A stretch of DNA of 64,000 nucleotides from the human T2T-CHM13v2.0 reference genome, Homo sapiens: NCBI RefSeq assembly GCF_009914755.1, contig NC_060941.1; one strand, written 5' to 3'. Shown here piece by piece: positions 24,890 to 35,955 of the stretch. The stretch's first letter is position 1, and each line of letters starts with the position of its first letter. The translations under genes were made by a program, and so were the position numbers. A model generated the notes under the pieces. The model made no database searches, had not been told where the DNA came from, and was given only the letters and a program-made list of their open reading frames with translations.

Positions 24890-25100
24890 ATATTTAGTGC
24901 CATTTACAAAGTATCTAACATCTCCAGGCATTTTACAATTGTGATGTCCTTGCCAAAACCCTCCTAAATATGTATTATTATCCCGTTTTACAGATGAGGA
25001 CACTGAGGTTCTGAGAAGTGACATAATCTGCATATCATGGCAGAGCGAAGACTAGAGAAAAGGCTATCCGATTCAAAAGGCTGCTTTACTCCCACCTGCA
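24890..25100 (-). mobile_element. MIR SINE
   Basis: tattattatcccgttttacagatgaggacactgaggttctgagaagtgacataa. Confidence 0.85.
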
Positions 25101-26184
25101 GTATACGCCTACCACCACATGCTACTGATTTTGGCAGCCAAGAGCATGACTCTGTATTTTAACAGGAAAAGCCAGAGATGAAAAGTACTGTCATTAGCAT
25201 AGCTCCTCAAGGTTACTCTTAGGAATCCTAAGCACCATACCATGCAGCACTATACAAAAATCTGGTTCAGATAATGATGCTGGCCCAATTTATCTGTCAT
25301 GATACGGCTGAGACACACACGGCTTCATGCATCAACTTACTATCGCAACAAACTATTAGCAAAAAACTATTATTGGGTTTGGGGAAAGAGCAGCAGTCCT
25401 AATGTTCTATTCCCACAGCCATTCTCATAGGAAAGGGTTGGAAATAGAACAGAGTCTATCTTTACGATCTGAATGACATAAGAGACAGTGGATGACACAA
25501 GCACAATATTCTGCTTTCATAATTTTATGATTTCCTGTCTAGTCTGCAGGAACAAGTAAAACAACAACCTCTCTGGTTCTGTGATAGCATCTGTCCTTAG
25601 AAAACACTCATTTTTAGCACAGTCAGGGTTGAAATTGGATGAGAAATTCAGGGGTTTCTCCTTAGCCTCAGTTGTTCAATCTTCAGAGGCCCACTGTCTG
25701 AAATTCAGGGGAAAAGGGGCTCAGTCAACTTCATATTAACTTTTTCTTAATATTTATAACTGTGACATGCAACTATAACTATATTATTATGTAAATTGAG
25801 AAACGGAAAGGAGAGAAATGACTCATTATATATCTCTCTGGGAACTTCCATCAAAAATGTAAATCATGTAAGTTTCAGAATTCTAGGTGGGCACCTGGAA
25901 TCTTCCACTTGTAGTTTTCTTTGGAGAAGATTAAAAATAAAGAAAACCATATGTTCCACTTTAGTGAGCAAGAGTGAAGGGACATCGGTATTAAAAGCAG
26001 AAGCAAAATAGGCAGATGAGAGCTTCATTTTATACTGAGAAGGCATGGGTGCAATTTACCTGCAGGCCATTTTCACTGGGACAACGAGGAAAATGTGCCC
26101 GTGCAGAGACAAGGAGTCCCCACAGTCTACCCCTTCCACCAATTTTCAGTGTTTTCCTGAACAGATTTCAAGCAACAAAACAGT

Positions 26185-26390
26185 CAGCTGCTGGGTAATA
26201 GCTCCGGTTACAGCTGAAAATGTTAGTCATTTCATTATACACACTCCAAAAGGGGTATATAAAAGTTGTTTACAAGGGCAAAGCCGTAGTTCTGAAAGCT
26301 GGCTTTAAGAGCTCCTTCTACCTTGCCATATTTTAATTCTTTGAACGTGCACCAACAATTACATTTTTATAACTGCTAGCACAGGAAGTT
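26185..26390 (+). promoter_or_regulatory. Candidate TATA/Inr core promoter, predicted start near 26288
   Basis: TATAAAAG 26258-26265, Inr-like GTA(+1)GTTC 30 nt downstream, CAGCTG at 26185 and 26211, TTAGTCA, TGTTTAC, TAACTG, ACAGGAAGT. Confidence 0.45.
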
Positions 26391-26549
26391 ATTAAAACAC
26401 TTGGCTCCTATGTGTCTTGGTCCTTGCCTCTGCTGGAACATTGTAAATTGTTATGGCTAGCACATTTGTGCAAACCTACTGAGAGAAACATCATATGGAA
26501 ATAATTTCAGTGGCTAGTGAAGGGTAGTTAAGGACAACCTTAACATCTA

Positions 26550-26775
26550 GGCCATATGATGCAGTGATTAAGAGGAAAGGTGCTAGAGTCAGAGGGACTA
26601 AGCTTGAATCCTAGATCTGCCTATTAATCCCTATGGGAGCAGGTCACTTAGCCTATCAAAGTCTCGGTGTTCCCATTTGCAAAATGGGAACAATAAGGGT
26701 ACCTCCCTATATAGGATGTGGTGGGAATTAAATGAGATATACAAAGCATCTAGTAAGTGCCCAATGTTAGTTAAT
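26550..26775 (+). mobile_element. MIR SINE, near full length
   Basis: gcagtgattaagag...ttgaatcctagatctgcc...cccatttgcaaaatgggaacaataa...aattaaatgagat...aatgttagtta. Confidence 0.8.
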
Positions 26776-26860
26776 TATTAATTAATTGTTAGTTAATAAT
26801 TAACATAAGCTAGTTAATTATAATTAGTTAATAATTAACATTAAATGTTAGTTAATTGTT
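26763..26860. repeat. AT-rich direct/inverted repeat expansion at MIR tail
   Basis: Repeated ttagttaat units; GTTAATAATTAAC palindrome at 26792 and 26827. Confidence 0.85.
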
Positions 26861-27309
26861 GGGGTGATATCTTTTTCTCTTCTACATCAGGGCAGAGTTC
26901 TTCAATCTGTGGCAGAATGAAATTTCATGACCAAATCCATACAAGAAAGTGTTGTAATCACTTTCTTAAGAGTACTGAAAGTGAACAATGACAAAACTCT
27001 ACCTTGTGCCTCCTTCAACAAGGGGTTTCAGCCCACAGCAAGATTGACACTGCTGCCTGGCCATGTCTGTAAGTGAGTGACAGCAGGTAAACAATTGTCA
27101 GCATCCCAAACTAGTATGTTAATGTCTCCCCAGTGGCCACGTTTGTTATCCTGTTCCCTCATATTGGAATTACTTGGCTCAGGAGATCTGCCAATAATAT
27201 ACTTTTGGCTGGGTTTTGAAATCACCTTGGGATACCCAGTCACACAGTGAGGCTTTGTGGTACATGGTTCTCTGTGCCACGTTTCACACAGGCCACTGAA
27301 GGGCTGTCA

Positions 27310-27530
27310 ATATTGGCATCAGGAGAGCTGAGTTCAAGTCCTGGATCTACCTCCTATTGATGATGTGATTTTGGGCACATTATATGAACTCTGAGCCTCT
27401 GTTTCCTCATATAAAAAATGAAGAATGGGGATAATATTATTTATTTCACAGGGTTTTTGTGAAGACTAAAAGACGTGATGCAAAAGGGCATTGTAAAGTA
27501 TAAAGAGCCACATAGATGTTATTATAACTT
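27310..27530 (+). mobile_element. MIR (MIRc/MIR3-like)
   Basis: ctgagttcaagtcctgg...tgtgattttgggc...ctctgagcctctgtttcctcat. Confidence 0.8.
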
Positions 27531-27828
27531 TTGGTAAACAGGATCATCATTGTTGGATCAGTTGCTTATATTAAGAATTCTGAGGGTTTCTGTGGCTGAA
27601 GATTGCCATGATACACATAAGAATAAATGTTATATTTCTTATTTAAAGGTCAGAGTGGTGAGATTGGATAAGGATAAGGTACAATGGTGAGAGGTGAGTG
27701 GCTGTTTGTACAGGGCTGTGCCAGGCTACAGGGATGCAGAAAAAGAAGTGTGCAAAGACAGAGCAAGATTTACTTATTCCTGATTTATTAGAACTGAATT
27801 TCTTTACATTTTTCTTCCTTCCTTACAG

Positions 27829-28197
27829 GCATATCCCATTTCATCCTTATGTTCTTTCCAAATCTCATTCCTGGAAACCCTTTCTCCCCTAGTCTCTTGA
27901 GACACTTTGGACTTAGCACTCATGAAGCATTAATTTTTAAATGGCATATGCTTTTACAGGATCCAGTGCTGACCCCATGAAATTAGCCCTCCCTATTTAG
28001 AACCACCCAATTATGTAGAGACTCAAGCACAATGAGATCTGCAATTCTCTTTGCCTCATAAGTCTTAAGGCTTTATTTTCAGCATTGTCTTGTTTTCTTT
28101 CTCCAAAACATCCAGGAAACTGAATGGCTGGAAGTCTGACTGCAAAACAATGGTTAGGATAGTGGCCAAATATGTGATGTTTCTGAATATGGAGGAG
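27829..28197 (+). ncRNA. Candidate non-coding exon
   Basis: Long pyrimidine tract tttctttacatttttcttccttccttacag|G; donor GAG|GTGGGC at 28197/28198; internal alternative acceptors possible. Confidence 0.25.
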
Positions 28198-28736
28198 GTG
28201 GGCCTGACATTCCATGCTGCAGATATGCAAGAATAACTGGAGGAAAGAACCAACTGGTGGGGCATAGTTGGCCCCTGTCCACATTCACTTTTCCTAGACA
28301 GTCTTGGAGGATGGATGCTTTTTCCTTAAGTTAGGTTTTCTCCTCCCCTTAGGCTTTTACCTATATAACAGAAACAGACTTCTAATGATATATTTATATA
28401 TGCCAGTAACATATAATATATAGAGATGATATAGCTGTGTATTAATAGTTGCTCTGCTATGTGTCTATAATAAACACTACATAGCAGTTATTGATTTATC
28501 TCTCCCACTAAAATACCTTTAGGGGTATTCAGAATAGACGCCCCTCCAGCAGCCATCTTGATACACTAAGATTTGGGGAAGCAAACAAAAATAGACTGAG
28601 AATGGGACAAAGATATTACACTAAGTATTTGACTTAATCCTACTCCCCACAACCTGTGGGCTGTATTGCGCTGACCTCCTATGAAGCCAAGGACAGAAAC
28701 TGTACTCTCTGAAATCTTAACATAAAATACCTTCCA

Positions 28737-29064
28737 TGCCATTTATGAAGCCACTGTCCCTCAGCTTCAAATCTAACTTTCTGTACTTTGCTTTGAGGTG
28801 CTGGGACTAAGGACTAGCAACCTGCGTTTCTGCTTTGCCAGCTGATCCTTGTTAGGTTCTGCCAGTAGGGGGTGCTAAAGGAGACTGCGAGGCCAGAGGA
28901 CACGGGAGAGATCTGATACTCCTAGTAGTGTCAGCTTAGTGTTTGCTTCAAGCAAAGTGTTGCTGGCCTCGCTTTTTCATTCTGGCAGCAGCAGTTCCTC
29001 CCTCTAACAGAAATCTAATTCAGTTTGCAGTTTCTCCAACGTTGCAGAACCAGCCTCATTGTGG
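28737..29064. mobile_element. LTR41-like ERVL LTR fragment
   Basis: ctcagcttcaaatc...tttctgctttgccagctg...gttaggttctgccagtagggggtgctaaaggagactgc...cagtttgcagtttctccaac...gaaccagcctcatt. Confidence 0.7.
28859..28877 (+). promoter_or_regulatory. CTCF motif carried by the LTR41-like element
   Basis: CTGCCAGTAGGGGGTGCTA fits CCASYAGRKGGCRC with one C>T change (CpG decay). Confidence 0.55.
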
Positions 29065-29716
29065 AGATTTTCTAAATGCATGAGTTAAAATGGCAAAAGT
29101 GGAAAAATAAGGATGAGAGAGAGAGAAAAAAAAGATGTACATACAGCAAGTATAGGATTAGAAAGGCATTAGGAAAAGCTTTACCTGTGAAAAACCCCTT
29201 TCCCCCTATTATATTTTAAACCTGCTGAGTTTGATAAAATGAGAACTAGGTCACTATTGCAGATGTGTGTTTTTTTTTTTTTTAATGAGATGATTTGGGT
29301 CAACTTTCTATATACCAACTTTATATATAGTTGTTTCAAAGGAGACTCAGCATAGCAAAGAGAGAGCATAGTAAAAAATTCATGGGAAAAAAGCTGCAAT
29401 CAATGTAGAATGAGTCTTTGAAAATTAGCCAATTAATCTGGCTTTGCTTTGTTTCCCTCATGTCTAGGGACTTGATTTACATAAAATAAATCCAGTGTGA
29501 ACAATGAATACATACACAGAAAATAAGAGTTGAATAAAAGATTACTTATGTATATGACTAGACACTTCAAAGGCTTATAGTGAAAGATGAATCACCAAAG
29601 GCTATATCTGAAAAGAACTCCAGACCCATGATTTTCTTAAAATGAACTATAATGGATTCTGTAAGGCTAGAAAGGGTTCAAGACAGAACTGTAAGACTTC
29701 TCATATGGTCCACTAT

Positions 29717-29841
29717 ATACAACAGCCACCTGCTTGCTATTGCCATTAATTTCTGCCTTAATTCTCTTACAGATAGAACCAGATACAACAGCCACCCTCT
29801 TGCTAATGCCATTAATGTTTGCCTTAATTTTCTCACAGATA
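29717..29841 (+). repeat. Two-copy tandem duplication, 59-bp unit, 66-bp period
   Basis: atacaacagccacc..cttgcta.tgccattaat.t.tgccttaatt.tct.acagata at 29717 and 29783. Confidence 0.92.
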
Positions 29842-29859
29842 AAGTCAAGACCAATTAGT

Positions 29860-30055
29860 GGAAAACACACAGTGGTAAATTTCAACTCCTTGAAGAAAGT
29901 TTCTAATGATCTCATCTGTATGATGAAGGATCAGCTACCTAGGAAGGTAGTTAATTTGCTCCAACTAGTATTAGTGAAGCTTAAGTTGGAGGACTGCTTG
30001 AATCTAGAATCAGACGGGAGAGTCCCTTTTGCACTGAGATTCTCAGGATTCTTTA
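29860..30055 (+). mobile_element. L3/CR1 3' end remnant
   Basis: gaagaaagtttctaat...ctacctaggaaggtagt...gtcccttttgcactgagattctcaggattct. Confidence 0.55.
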
Positions 30056-30319
30056 GCAGCCAGTAACAAGAATATGTTACAACAGAAATTAACAGCTCTA
30101 TTCATTTAGATAAGAGAGGATTTGAGACAGAACCAGCCTTTAACTGGAGTCTTTTTTTTTTTTGGCTTCAACCTTAGCACCTTCTCCCACCTCAAGGTGT
30201 GCATTATACTCTAGAGGAGACAGGATGCCTTACAGTAATCATATTTTTCAGAGGCTAAGTTGCTCTTCCCAAAGGAAATACAGTGCCATAATCATGTATA
30301 AGAGTTCTGGGTTCAGAAA

Positions 30320-30728
30320 CTATCTTTGCTTGGATCGCCATAACAAAATACCATAGACTGAGTGGTTTAAACAACAGAAATTTATTTCTGTACAGTTATG
30401 GAGTCTGGAACTCCAAGATTATAGGGTGCCATTGTGGTTGAGTTCTGGTGAGGGTGCTTTTCCTCTGTTCACATGGCCTTTTTTTTTCTCTGTGTGTTTG
30501 TGTGTATGTGTATGGGGCGGGGACGGGGGAAGTTGGGGAGAGAAGAGAACAAACTATCTGATGTCTCTTCTTAAAAGGGCACTAATCCCATCATGAGAGT
30601 CCTATCCTCACAACCTCATCTAACCCTAATTATCTACCAAAAGCCCCATATCCAAATATCAATACTCTAGACATTAAGGCTTCAATACATGAATGTGGAG
30701 GGGAGGCACAAATATTCACTCTATAACA
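30320..30728 (-). mobile_element. MLT1A-like MaLR LTR inserted in a MIR
   Basis: gccataacaaaataccatagactgagtggtttaaacaacagaaatttattt...aagggcactaatcccatcatgag...ctataaca; MIR halves on both sides. Confidence 0.88.
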
Positions 30729-31224
30729 TAAACCAAAGTGTGAAGCAAAGGTGTGGCAACTTACTAGTTGGATGGCTTTGGGTAAATTGTATACACCCTC
30801 TAAATCTCATTTACTTCACTGGAAAATATGAACCACAATAACTTCTCGATGAGGTTTTGGGGTACTGCATAAGTCAACAAACAGTAAGCATGTTTCACAT
30901 AAAAAATAGTCCAAGTAAATGTAGCCACTACTACTGTTGTTGTTATCATCATCGATTCCGATAGGACAAGGATGAATCTGGAAGTTATTCCATACGCTGC
31001 TCTTTCTGTCTCCATTACCTAGCCCCTGCCTTGCTTTGCTAATTAGTAGTTATGCTTAAATCCAGCTCAAGTTTTACTTTGTCTAGAAGGCCACCTTTGA
31101 TTATCCCCATGAGTTAGATGGCACGGACCTTGCTCTTTCATGACATACTAGGATGCATTTGCATGCAAATAGCCTTACCATTGCTGGGTGAATGTGATTT
31201 TCTTTCTTTGATTTTGCTAGCTAG

Positions 31225-31994
31225 ACTCTGAGATACTTGAAGAACCACCTGGAGTTAGTCCCAGCTTCACAGTTAAGGGCATAGTTTTCCACAAACTCCT
31301 CTCACTTAAGATGCCAGTCACAAGTTTGGAGGTCTCTTGGGCCACTGTCACTTTTGATGAGCTGGATACAAATTCACTGGTCCCCACGGACACCCTCAGG
31401 TTTGGTAATTCAATAGAACTCCTCCCAGAACTCAGGATCATGCTATACTTGTGATTAGAATACAAACAGGGACCAACCAAAGTAAGAGATGCATAGAAAG
31501 AAGTCTGGGAGGATTCTAAATGTGAAACTCCCACCATCCTCAAGGATATCTTACCCTCTTAGCACATCAATATATGACAATACTTATAGGACTGCCAACC
31601 GGGAAAGCTCACCTGAGCTTTGGTGTCCAGAGTTTTTATTGAGGCTTAATTGTGTCCACTGATTGACTGAATCATTGGCCATGATTCACTGGCCATCAAT
31701 AACCAGTCCCTTTCCTTTCCCCATGGGTTAATATTAGGCAGCTCAAAGCCCCAGCCTTCTAATCACACAGTTGGTCTTTCTAATGCAGCCAGCTCCCATC
31801 TTGACTCACCTTATTAGCATAATCTATCTGGGAGCCCACCATGAGTCACCTCATTAGCAAAAACTATCAGGTGTATGTTCCAAGGGGTCCACCATGGAAA
31901 ACAGAGACATTCCTATCACTTGGGAAATTACAAAAGTTTAGTGGTTACCTCCCAGGAACCGGGGAAAAAGGAAAGCCAATTTTTTTTTATGACA
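31225..31994 (-). mobile_element. MER21-family LTR
   Basis: caccctcaggtttggtaattc...gctcacctgagctttggtgtccagagtttttattg...cccaggaaccgggga; interrupts an L2. Confidence 0.82.
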
Positions 31995-32354
31995 TAGGGA
32001 TAATGATTATGCACCCTAAGTTGCTTAGTAGATCACCCAAAACATGGTAAGTGGTCCATAAATATTTGCTAAATGAATAACAGAGTGAATAATAAAAGTC
32101 AAGACAAGGCCATTGTTTTAACCTTATGAAAGGAGAGTTGGCCAATTATCTTTATTTTTCTGGATAGATTTACTTCTGGCATTTGAAGCCCTCACATCTC
32201 TTGTTCTATTTCCTTCTCTACTTTCTCCTATTTTCATTGAGTTCATCCCACTATCACCATTTCTTACTACTGTGAAACAGACTTTGAATTTCTACTTAAA
32301 ACCCTGCTTTTGCCTTTCACACCTTTTCAATGGGATTTTACAGTTCTGAGAGCT

Positions 32355-32367
32355 GAGGAAGTGAAAC
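32355..32367 (+). promoter_or_regulatory. ETS-IRF composite element (EICE)
   Basis: GAGGAAGTGAAAC matches GGAAnnGAAA with a PU.1-type GAGGAAGT core. Confidence 0.45.
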
Positions 32368-32859
32368 AGAAAACACTGTGTAAGAAAATCAAATTCTTCT
32401 CTCAGTAACAAAGGTGCCTTGATGCAGGACAGCATTTCAATTATGGTGTTCATTTCCTTCCACATTAATGTCATTTGAGTTGCCACTCCATTACTTATTA
32501 TTAGTCAAATCAATAAACAACATGCAGGCTCACAACTCACTGCATGTCAAACTGAGGCGTGCAGGTGGAGCTGTTAATGCAAACTGATATTTCAGGTGTC
32601 AAAGGGCACATTGGCTCCTGAGCAAGGTTTGAGGAGTGCAGTTTGGTTCAACAAACAATTATTGAGTGCCTTGTATGTGTCAGATGTTGTGCTGGGTGCC
32701 AAGAATACCAGTACTAAGAAGGGGCAGCATCTTCCTGAGGAACCTAGTGTCTTAGGGAGAGTGGGGATGGGGACAGGCAGAATGGACTTTCCCTCTGAGG
32801 TCCTTTAATTCAAAAAAATTCTTCAGGGTCTCTTCATCACCTTCTGAAGTATGACTGGT

Positions 32860-33125
32860 ATACATCACATTGCATTTATTCTACTGCACCCTGACACTCC
32901 TCATCTCACTTTCCTGCTTTATTTTTCTCCATGGTACTCACCAACCTCTGACACACTATGTAATTTGCCTATTGGTTTATTTGCTTGTCTCTCCCCCAGC
33001 TAGAATGTAAGCTCCATGAAGGCAAGTGTTTTTGTCTAGTCATTCATAGCTGCATGTCTAGTTTTAAAATCTGGGTCTGGAACATGGTAGGTGTTCAATA
33101 AAAATGTGCTGAATTAATGAACGAA
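32860..33125 (+). mobile_element. L2 3' end
   Basis: ctagaatgtaagctccatgaaggcaag...gtaggtgttcaataaaaatgtgctgaattaatgaa. Confidence 0.85.
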
Positions 33126-35089
33126 TCTACTAAACAGGGGGTTCCTCCTGCTGCCCAAATGTCTAAGACTCCTCTTGGGTAGTGAAAAAGTTGAAAAGAC
33201 ATTTATAGTGCAATGATCCTCCAGAGTGGGCTGGACATGTTCCTTAAGCTGCCAGGCCGCAGGGCAGTGTCCATGGCCTCAGGGAGCCGGTGGGGGGGAA
33301 CCAATATGCAGTCAAAACCAGACAATATAATGTGTGTTGTCTCATTCAACCCTTGATGTATCCCTGTGAGATAGAAGTTATTCTTCCAATTTCAGAAATG
33401 AGAAGATGGGTGGTGAAATAGCTTGCCTACAGCCCCACAGCTCATCAGTGCTAGAGCTAAGCTTTAAATCCATGCCTGAGAGATGCCATGGTTCATGCTT
33501 TCCTCATCTATGATGTTAGGCTGCCTCTATATCATATCTTAGTGAATGTGAAAAGTAAGCAAGATGCATTTGCTCCACTAGAAGCACCCACAGCCTAAGC
33601 TAGACAAATATTCACAGAGGAAACCACGTTGATTCTGTAAGATGGGACCATGCACCCCTTTGCACCATTCAAAGAAGGCTGAACAGGGCAGATATAAAAA
33701 TGATGCAGTGAATGAGCTGTTGGCTTCCCTCATCTCCCTATTAACTGTGCCCTGGTGACTTACTCTTAAGAGACATCAAATGAGGAAATAAATGGCTATT
33801 GCCAAATAAACAAAGGCAATGTTTTAAAAGTCTCTGTCATGTCCTGATAGTTCCTGACGATGCCACTAAGCCCATTTCAACTGTCATTAATCCTAGTCTG
33901 ACTCATTCTGGTTAAGGACTACTGCTCCCATGTCTGAGCCAACAATGCCCCAGGAAGGTACTAGGTTAGGAAATATTCCATCCCTTGAGCAGGAAGAAGA
34001 CTCTGAAAATAGTATATTGTCTCCATGCCTTGCTTAAAGGTGGACTGGAGTTCACATAACAGCTTCTTTAAGTAACCATGCCCTCTGCACTCCCCCTAAA
34101 CCTCCTTGCCACTTTGTGGCTATTTTTCTTGGCAGCTAGTTTTTACTCCTTTCTTTCCTGTGCTCTTCTCATCTCACTTTTATCAGTGTTTCCCCAAAAG
34201 CAGACCATGCTTCCAGTGACTCCTCAGCCATGACAGTAGATTTCTCTGTATCTACAGCTTAAGCAACTAGCTGATGCTAAGACCTCTGCCTCTTAATTGC
34301 CCTTGCTCCTTCTGCACCCTGGACATCATTGCTGACCTTCATTGAACTAACACTCAAGATACCCGCTCGACTTTATAATTCCTGGCTTCTCCTTTGGAGG
34401 TGACAGGGCTTCCTTACCCTTCATTATACCACTTTTAGGGTGGTTGGCTAGTCAACCACTGAATCAATCCAGATGTCTTCTAACATAGTCACATGGTTTA
34501 TGATGTTTTATTTTGTAAAGCTTAGCAGAAATGTAGCTCCATATAGTGGTTTTCAAACCCTATAAAATAATACTGAATATTTTAATGCAAGTTAGATAAT
34601 TATCAATATAAAAATTAAAGGGAAATTTCAAAATAATGGTAAGAACAGTTTCTCAGAAATAGTCTCCTTAATTCAGAAGTTAAAACTCAGAAGTACCTGG
34701 ATCACACTGAGCTTATGGATCCCCGGTATGAGGAATGAACACAATGGTTTATTTCTGTTTGATTGGCAATGAGATTGACATATTTCTTTGGCTCCCCTGT
34801 GCTATTAAAAAAAAAAGAGCCTCTAAATTGAGACTACTGCCCATTTCAGTAAGAAATGAGGCCACATGTCAATAGAATATAGGTAACTACACATTTATAA
34901 CACTGGGCAGTGATGCAGAATTGATTAGCAAGTGTAATTGCAGTAAGTAAGATGCTTTCTGCTCCTGGTACTGATGACTCGTGGCATATTGAAAGGAAAA
35001 AGCATGATTTTCAAGGAAATGAGATTCTCAATATTAAGATGGGGTCTAAAAGTGCCTAAATAGAATTGGAAATAACCTAAGTATTGAAT

Positions 35090-35330
35090 GAGACTGTAGA
35101 GTGTAATGGTTAAGAGCATGGGCTTTAGGGGAAGACAGATCTGAATGCAAATATCTGTTTTAACATGTATTAGCTTTGAAGTGCAGCAAGTTCTTTAAAT
35201 TCTTTAAGTCTCAGTCTCCTCTATAATGAGACGAGATGCTCACAGTGTTTATTCTCTAGGTGGTTGTGAGAATTAAAGCGATGTTGCAGGTAAAGCACAG
35301 ACTGCACTTGTCACACAGCCAGTGCTAAAA
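35090..35330 (+). mobile_element. MIR SINE
   Basis: tagagtgtaatggttaagagcatgggcttt...ctcagtctcct...ggttgtgagaattaaa. Confidence 0.8.
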
Positions 35331-35780
35331 CAGACAAACCAACCAACCCCAAGCAAAAAACTATCTATATTGTTTTCATAGTTCACCAGCAATTCCAGTT
35401 CCTGGAAGGCAACCAGTCAGTGATCTACTGAAGCTAAGTCAGTCTACGGATGAGGTGCATGTCTGTAATTGATCAGATTCAGACCTAGAGGGAATTGGTA
35501 ATCTGGTCCCCTCAGGACAGAATGTGGAGTTCTGCCTCATGAACTCAATCTGTAAGTATCAGGAAAAATCTTCCCAGAATGGGAAATGTAAAAAGAAAGT
35601 TCCAAACATGCCTAATTATTTCTAACAGATTCTAAAAACCTCTCAAAATGAATTCTGCATAAAATGTAAATCTAAACAGTTTGATGATGATCCACTGTTT
35701 CTACATTATTCAGTCTTTAAACATAAATAAGCCTAGGTTTTCTTTAAACAATTCTATCACAGAGTTCAAATAAAGCAGGT

Positions 35781-35783
<3 letters not shown>

Positions 35784-35821
<38 letters not shown>
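35784..35821. repeat. (AC)19 microsatellite
   Basis: Direct reading of sequence. Confidence 0.97.
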
Positions 35822-35824
<3 letters not shown>

Positions 35825-35859
35825 GATATTCTACTTTAGCTCTCTCGTATCTGGAAATC

Positions 35860-35955
35860 ATTCATCTTATCTGCTGCTCGCTCTCCCTCTTTCTTTTTAA
35901 GTAAACATTAATCCCCACAGATGGTGAACCACGGTAATCTCTGCTACCAGCTGCA
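35860..35955. promoter_or_regulatory. Candidate enhancer motif cluster (GATA, FOX, E-boxes, RUNX-like)
   Basis: CTTATCT 35866, GTAAACA 35901, CAGATGG 35918, AACCAC 35927, CAGCTG 35948. Confidence 0.35.

Noticed and set aside
29717-29841. Repeat-spacer-repeat pattern considered as CRISPR-like or a miRNA hairpin
   Set aside because: Only two diverged direct copies with a 7-nt gap, in eukaryotic DNA; no cas genes and no inverted arm
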